Positions 17,207-20,000 of a DNA stretch of 20,000 nt are shown piece by piece (within the stretch, counting starts at the first letter, position 1; each line of letters starts with the position of its first letter). The position numbers and the translations under genes are program-made. Origin of the DNA: an uncultured virus (IMG/VR IMGVR_UViG_3300021197_001811) (Duplodnaviria; Heunggongvirae; Uroviricota; Caudoviricetes); the IMG/VR virus record IMGVR_UViG_3300021197_001811; one strand, given 5' to 3'. The notes beneath the pieces are model-generated. The model made no database searches. It saw only the letters and a list, made by a program, of their open reading frames with translations, and was not told the origin of the DNA.

Positions 17207-18071
17207 AGTATAGGTCCTCTATCCCTGCAAGGCCATAAAGTTCTCCTAACTTTCTATCTACCTCGTCTTTTGTCAAGATTCTCTCTCTAGGCATTTTGAA
17301 ATCAACAGCGTTCTCTCTAATTGAGAATTGTGGTTGATCATCATTCGGTCCAGCTCCTATTAGATGACCCAGTATATTAATAGTTATTTTTGTCTCGAAC
17401 TTCCTCTCCTCGTTTGAGAAAGAGCCTAAGTTGTTGTTGTGTGCAAAGTCCTGGTCTATGAAGCCCTCGTATCGATGGCCCTCGTCCTTGACCAAAATGT
17501 AGTGTACGCCTCCTGGTCTGGTTAAGAAGGGAGTTATAAGGTCATTCATTTGCTGCTGGTATTCTGTTCTTACCGTTATTTCGTATTGGACCGTGATATA
17601 TATCGGTAGTGGGATCGTTATAGTCTCGTAGACTATCTTCTTATTTGCAGTCGGGAAATTTGGCTGACCCCTCTTTCTCTGAGCGCTTGCATTGGCAAAG
17701 TTTGATGTCTTATCCTGCTTTATTCTTCTTGCAATCTTTATAACGCCACCTTTCTCATCGGGCTCTGGGAGTAACGCTGCTTGAACTGATCCTTTTCTTT
17801 CTAAATCTTTTGCCACTCCCTTTCGCTCAACACTGATTATAGGCAGAACAAGAGAACCGTCCTTGTCTCTTATGCCTGAATCCCTTTTGCTTTGGAACAT
17901 CCTCTCTGCAGAGGCCCAAATGACAGGAACCTTGTTCCATCCGCCGTTTGTTGTTGTGTGAAGGTTTAGTTCTCTGTCCAAATAGGTCACCATAGCCGCA
18001 TCGATGTTTTCTATTTTGGAAGATGAGAACGGTATTTTAATTTCTTCTTTGGAGTCTTCTCTAATTGGCAT
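17199..18071 (-). CDS. Tail terminator / sheath stabiliser (gp15-like) paralogue 1 (290 aa from ATG 18071)
   Basis: Motifs VPVIWASAER, LVLPIISVER, PIYITVQYEITVRTEYQQQMNDLI. ATG 18071 has GAGGG 8 nt upstream and overlaps the neck gene end. Confidence 0.78.
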   Translation of the reverse strand: MPIREDSKEEIKIPFSSSKIENIDAAMVTYLDRELNLHTTTNGGWNKVPVIWASAERMFQSKRDSGIRDKDGSLVLPIISVERKGVAKDLERKGSVQAALLPEPDEKGGVIKIARRIKQDKTSNFANASAQRKRGQPNFPTANKKIVYETITIPLPIYITVQYEITVRTEYQQQMNDLITPFLTRPGGVHYILVKDEGHRYEGFIDQDFAHNNNLGSFSNEERKFETKITINILGHLIGAGPNDDQPQFSIRENAVDFKMPRERILTKDEVDRKLGELYGLAGIEDLYYD

Positions 18072-18549
18072 CGAAGAGACCCTCTCTTGCCTTGACACAT
18101 TCTGCTGTTATTTCCATTTTGTGTCCAACCTGCCCAAATATCTGCTTGGGCTCGTTGAGAGTGACTATTTCGTAATATTGGTCTCCATATAAAACAAAAT
18201 CGCCTTCTCTAACAAACAAGTTTTGGTCTTCTGTTAATCTTCTCTTGTGGAAGTGTACTGTAATTTTAGACAGCCTGTCGACGCCTAAGTGGGTAGTCTC
18301 TGTTTCGTACCCCTGCCATTCTACAAGGGCATACACTCTTATAGGGTTGAGGAAGTTCTTTCGTATCGCCTCTCCGTAAACAGGGTGAAAGTCTGTGTCT
18401 TCAATGCTTATGGGATAATACAATATCTGCTGGCCAATAACTCTTTCTACTAGCTCATCATTGATTTGCTTTACTAGATCCCGCTCTTTCTTTCCCAGGA
18501 ATAAGGGTGCGGGCGGCTGTTTAGGCTGCTTCCATTTATTATCTGCCAT
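18061..18549 (-). CDS. Neck / head-closure protein (T4 gp14-like)
   Basis: GQQILYYP...VYGEA..K.F..P......EW and VREGDFVLYG..YYEI. Synteny between the gp13-like and gp15-like genes. Confidence 0.8.
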   Translation of the reverse strand: MADNKWKQPKQPPAPLFLGKKERDLVKQINDELVERVIGQQILYYPISIEDTDFHPVYGEAIRKNFLNPIRVYALVEWQGYETETTHLGVDRLSKITVHFHKRRLTEDQNLFVREGDFVLYGDQYYEIVTLNEPKQIFGQVGHKMEITAECVKAREGLFDAN

Positions 18550-18555
18550 TTTTCA

Positions 18556-19857
18556 TTACCCCACGAATACCGATACTGGAACCTTTTCCTGTATCTTGCC
18601 TGTAGCATCCACAATTTCGGAGTCTACTTGAACTAGCTTCGAGTAGGTCATCTCTGCCAAGGTAGTCTTCAGCTCCTCTCTCAGCTTGTCCTGCTCTTCT
18701 TTAGCCTGGGATATGAGGTCGTTGCCATTCAATGTCACGGATTCGCCTGGGATCGGAATTGTCTGGAACTTGCTTCTTATTTGTCCTAGCATCTCTTTGC
18801 ACACTGCGAGCGCGAAGCGTCGGATCCACTGCTTGCCAATACTGTTAATGCTCTTGAATGGCAAATTAGAGAATGGTAGAGTGTTCATATTGTTTATCCC
18901 GTCAACACCACTGTTGACGCCGGAGTCCTCTTCAAAGAACGGATCAGTCGCTACAGAGAACTGCACCCACATTTTTGATGGTCCGTTCCTTTCTGGTATT
19001 GGGAACAATCTTAGGTTATTGTTTTTCAACTCATATGAAAAGTGAGACATTCTCGTGTATATCGAGTCCTCGAAGGCCATCGCTTGAGCCTTGTTGTGCC
19101 AAGCTGGAATCAGTTCGAATGTTGAAGAGTCTGAGAATTGTCCATAATTGTGTAAGTTTCCAACAACATTCAAGCCACCGTAGTATCCAAAGAATCTCCA
19201 CATTGCATGAGGTGTCTTGTAGAACACCTTCTTTATTAGGATCTTCTTGTTACCGATCTTCTGAAAGTATGGAACGGAACCGGAAGACACAGCTGACGAC
19301 GAGATTATTGTCTGAAGATTATAATCTTGTTGGCCGTTGATAGTGTCAAAAGAAGCCGAATACTCCTGTTGGCCTCTTCCGACGCCGACTTCGGCGCCGA
19401 CAGCCTCTGTCGCTCTTCTTGCATACCCAAAATCAAATCTTGGATACTTTAAGGCAACCTGCTGACCATCAAGAGAGGAGGATAGTGTCGTATCTCCCGT
19501 TGACTTAAGGTTACCCAAGTGATCAAACGCGCCCGTTGAGTGGCCCAAGTAAGATGAAAGCGAATTGTTCGCCTGGTGAATGTTTATAATGTACGAGTAT
19601 TCTAATACTGCCTCTTCGTATGCAGTGTACACATTTGCAGTAGTAAGCTCGATGTCTAAAACATCTCCTCCGAGCTTCCTGTATACATATGTAACTTGGT
19701 CTACAGCACCAGACAAAAAGTTGGTGTCGTACAGTGGTGACGTTGTCTTAGAATAAATCTTATAAGCAACAGATTTGTTTACATCTCCCTCGCTGCCCGA
19801 AGAAGCAAGAATAGACTTGCTCATCGTACTAGCTGGTGTCAAAGTTGTTGTTGGCAT
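18556..19857 (-). CDS. Neck / head-tail adaptor protein (T4 gp13-like)
   Basis: YRKLGGDVLDIELT, QWIRRFALAVCKEMLGQIRSKF..IPIPG..VTLNG..L..QA.EE..KL.EEL. SD GGAGG. Confidence 0.85.
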   Translation of the reverse strand: MPTTTLTPASTMSKSILASSGSEGDVNKSVAYKIYSKTTSPLYDTNFLSGAVDQVTYVYRKLGGDVLDIELTTANVYTAYEEAVLEYSYIINIHQANNSLSSYLGHSTGAFDHLGNLKSTGDTTLSSSLDGQQVALKYPRFDFGYARRATEAVGAEVGVGRGQQEYSASFDTINGQQDYNLQTIISSSAVSSGSVPYFQKIGNKKILIKKVFYKTPHAMWRFFGYYGGLNVVGNLHNYGQFSDSSTFELIPAWHNKAQAMAFEDSIYTRMSHFSYELKNNNLRLFPIPERNGPSKMWVQFSVATDPFFEEDSGVNSGVDGINNMNTLPFSNLPFKSINSIGKQWIRRFALAVCKEMLGQIRSKFQTIPIPGESVTLNGNDLISQAKEEQDKLREELKTTLAEMTYSKLVQVDSEIVDATGKIQEKVPVSVFVG

Positions 19858-19880
19858 CTAGAGAATCCTCCGTTCTTCTT

Positions 19881-19892
19881 TTAACTAGTTAA
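19881..19892 (-). promoter_or_regulatory. Palindrome TTAACTAGTTAA containing ACTAGTTA (putative late promoter)
   Basis: About 25 nt upstream of the neck gene ATG. Matches the recurring motif. Confidence 0.5.
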
Positions 19893-19914
19893 CTAAACGA
19901 GGAAAACCGCTGTG

Positions 19915-20000
19915 TTATTCGCTGTTTGCTTTCTTTGTGGTTGTCGCCTTGCGAGAAGACGAGCGTCTTCTTCTCTTCTTTTTCGGAGTGGCAGTAGCAA
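19915..20000 (-). CDS. 3' end of an upstream gene with a highly basic tail (partial)
   Basis: Manual translation ...ATATPKKKRRRRSSSRKATTTKKANSE*, with TAA at 19915-19917. Confidence 0.6.
   Translation of the reverse strand, partial: ATATPKKKRRRRSSSRKATTTKKANSE

Noticed and set aside
16..19340. Plus-strand ORFs in the track (e.g. 980..1591, 9969..10358, 13407..13817)
   Set aside because: They are antisense shadows of long minus-strand genes, with no recognisable motifs.
1..20000. Stop-codon reassignment as seen in some large phages
   Set aside because: Genes are full length under code 11, and TAA, TAG and TGA all occur at gene ends that abut the next gene.

Overview
The window is the neck-tail-baseplate morphogenesis module of a large contractile-tailed (myovirus, distantly T4-like) phage, encoded entirely on the minus strand with the standard code. 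Reading right to left: the end of a basic protein, two neck proteins (gp13- and gp14-like), two tandem paralogous tail-terminator (gp15-like) genes, a Pro/Glu-rich protein, a DUF5659-like protein, a large repeat-rich fibre gene broken by a 100-N scaffold gap, a 1034-aa tail sheath, the tail tube, a gp26-like/gp51-like chaperone pair, a 105-aa hypothetical, the tape measure, a tube-initiator-like baseplate protein, a LysM/gp53-like wedge protein and a hub-like ORF of at least 575 aa that runs off the left edge and is absent from the ORF track. The most notable observations are a candidate +1 programmed ribosomal frameshift (GGGGGA-U_UUC_UUU_UGG) fusing the two chaperone ORFs, the duplicated terminator with an added C-terminal domain that also caps the fibre, an in-frame internal start in the fibre gene, and a recurring (C/A)TANTTA motif ahead of transcription units. 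All family assignments come from motif recognition and synteny, not database searches.
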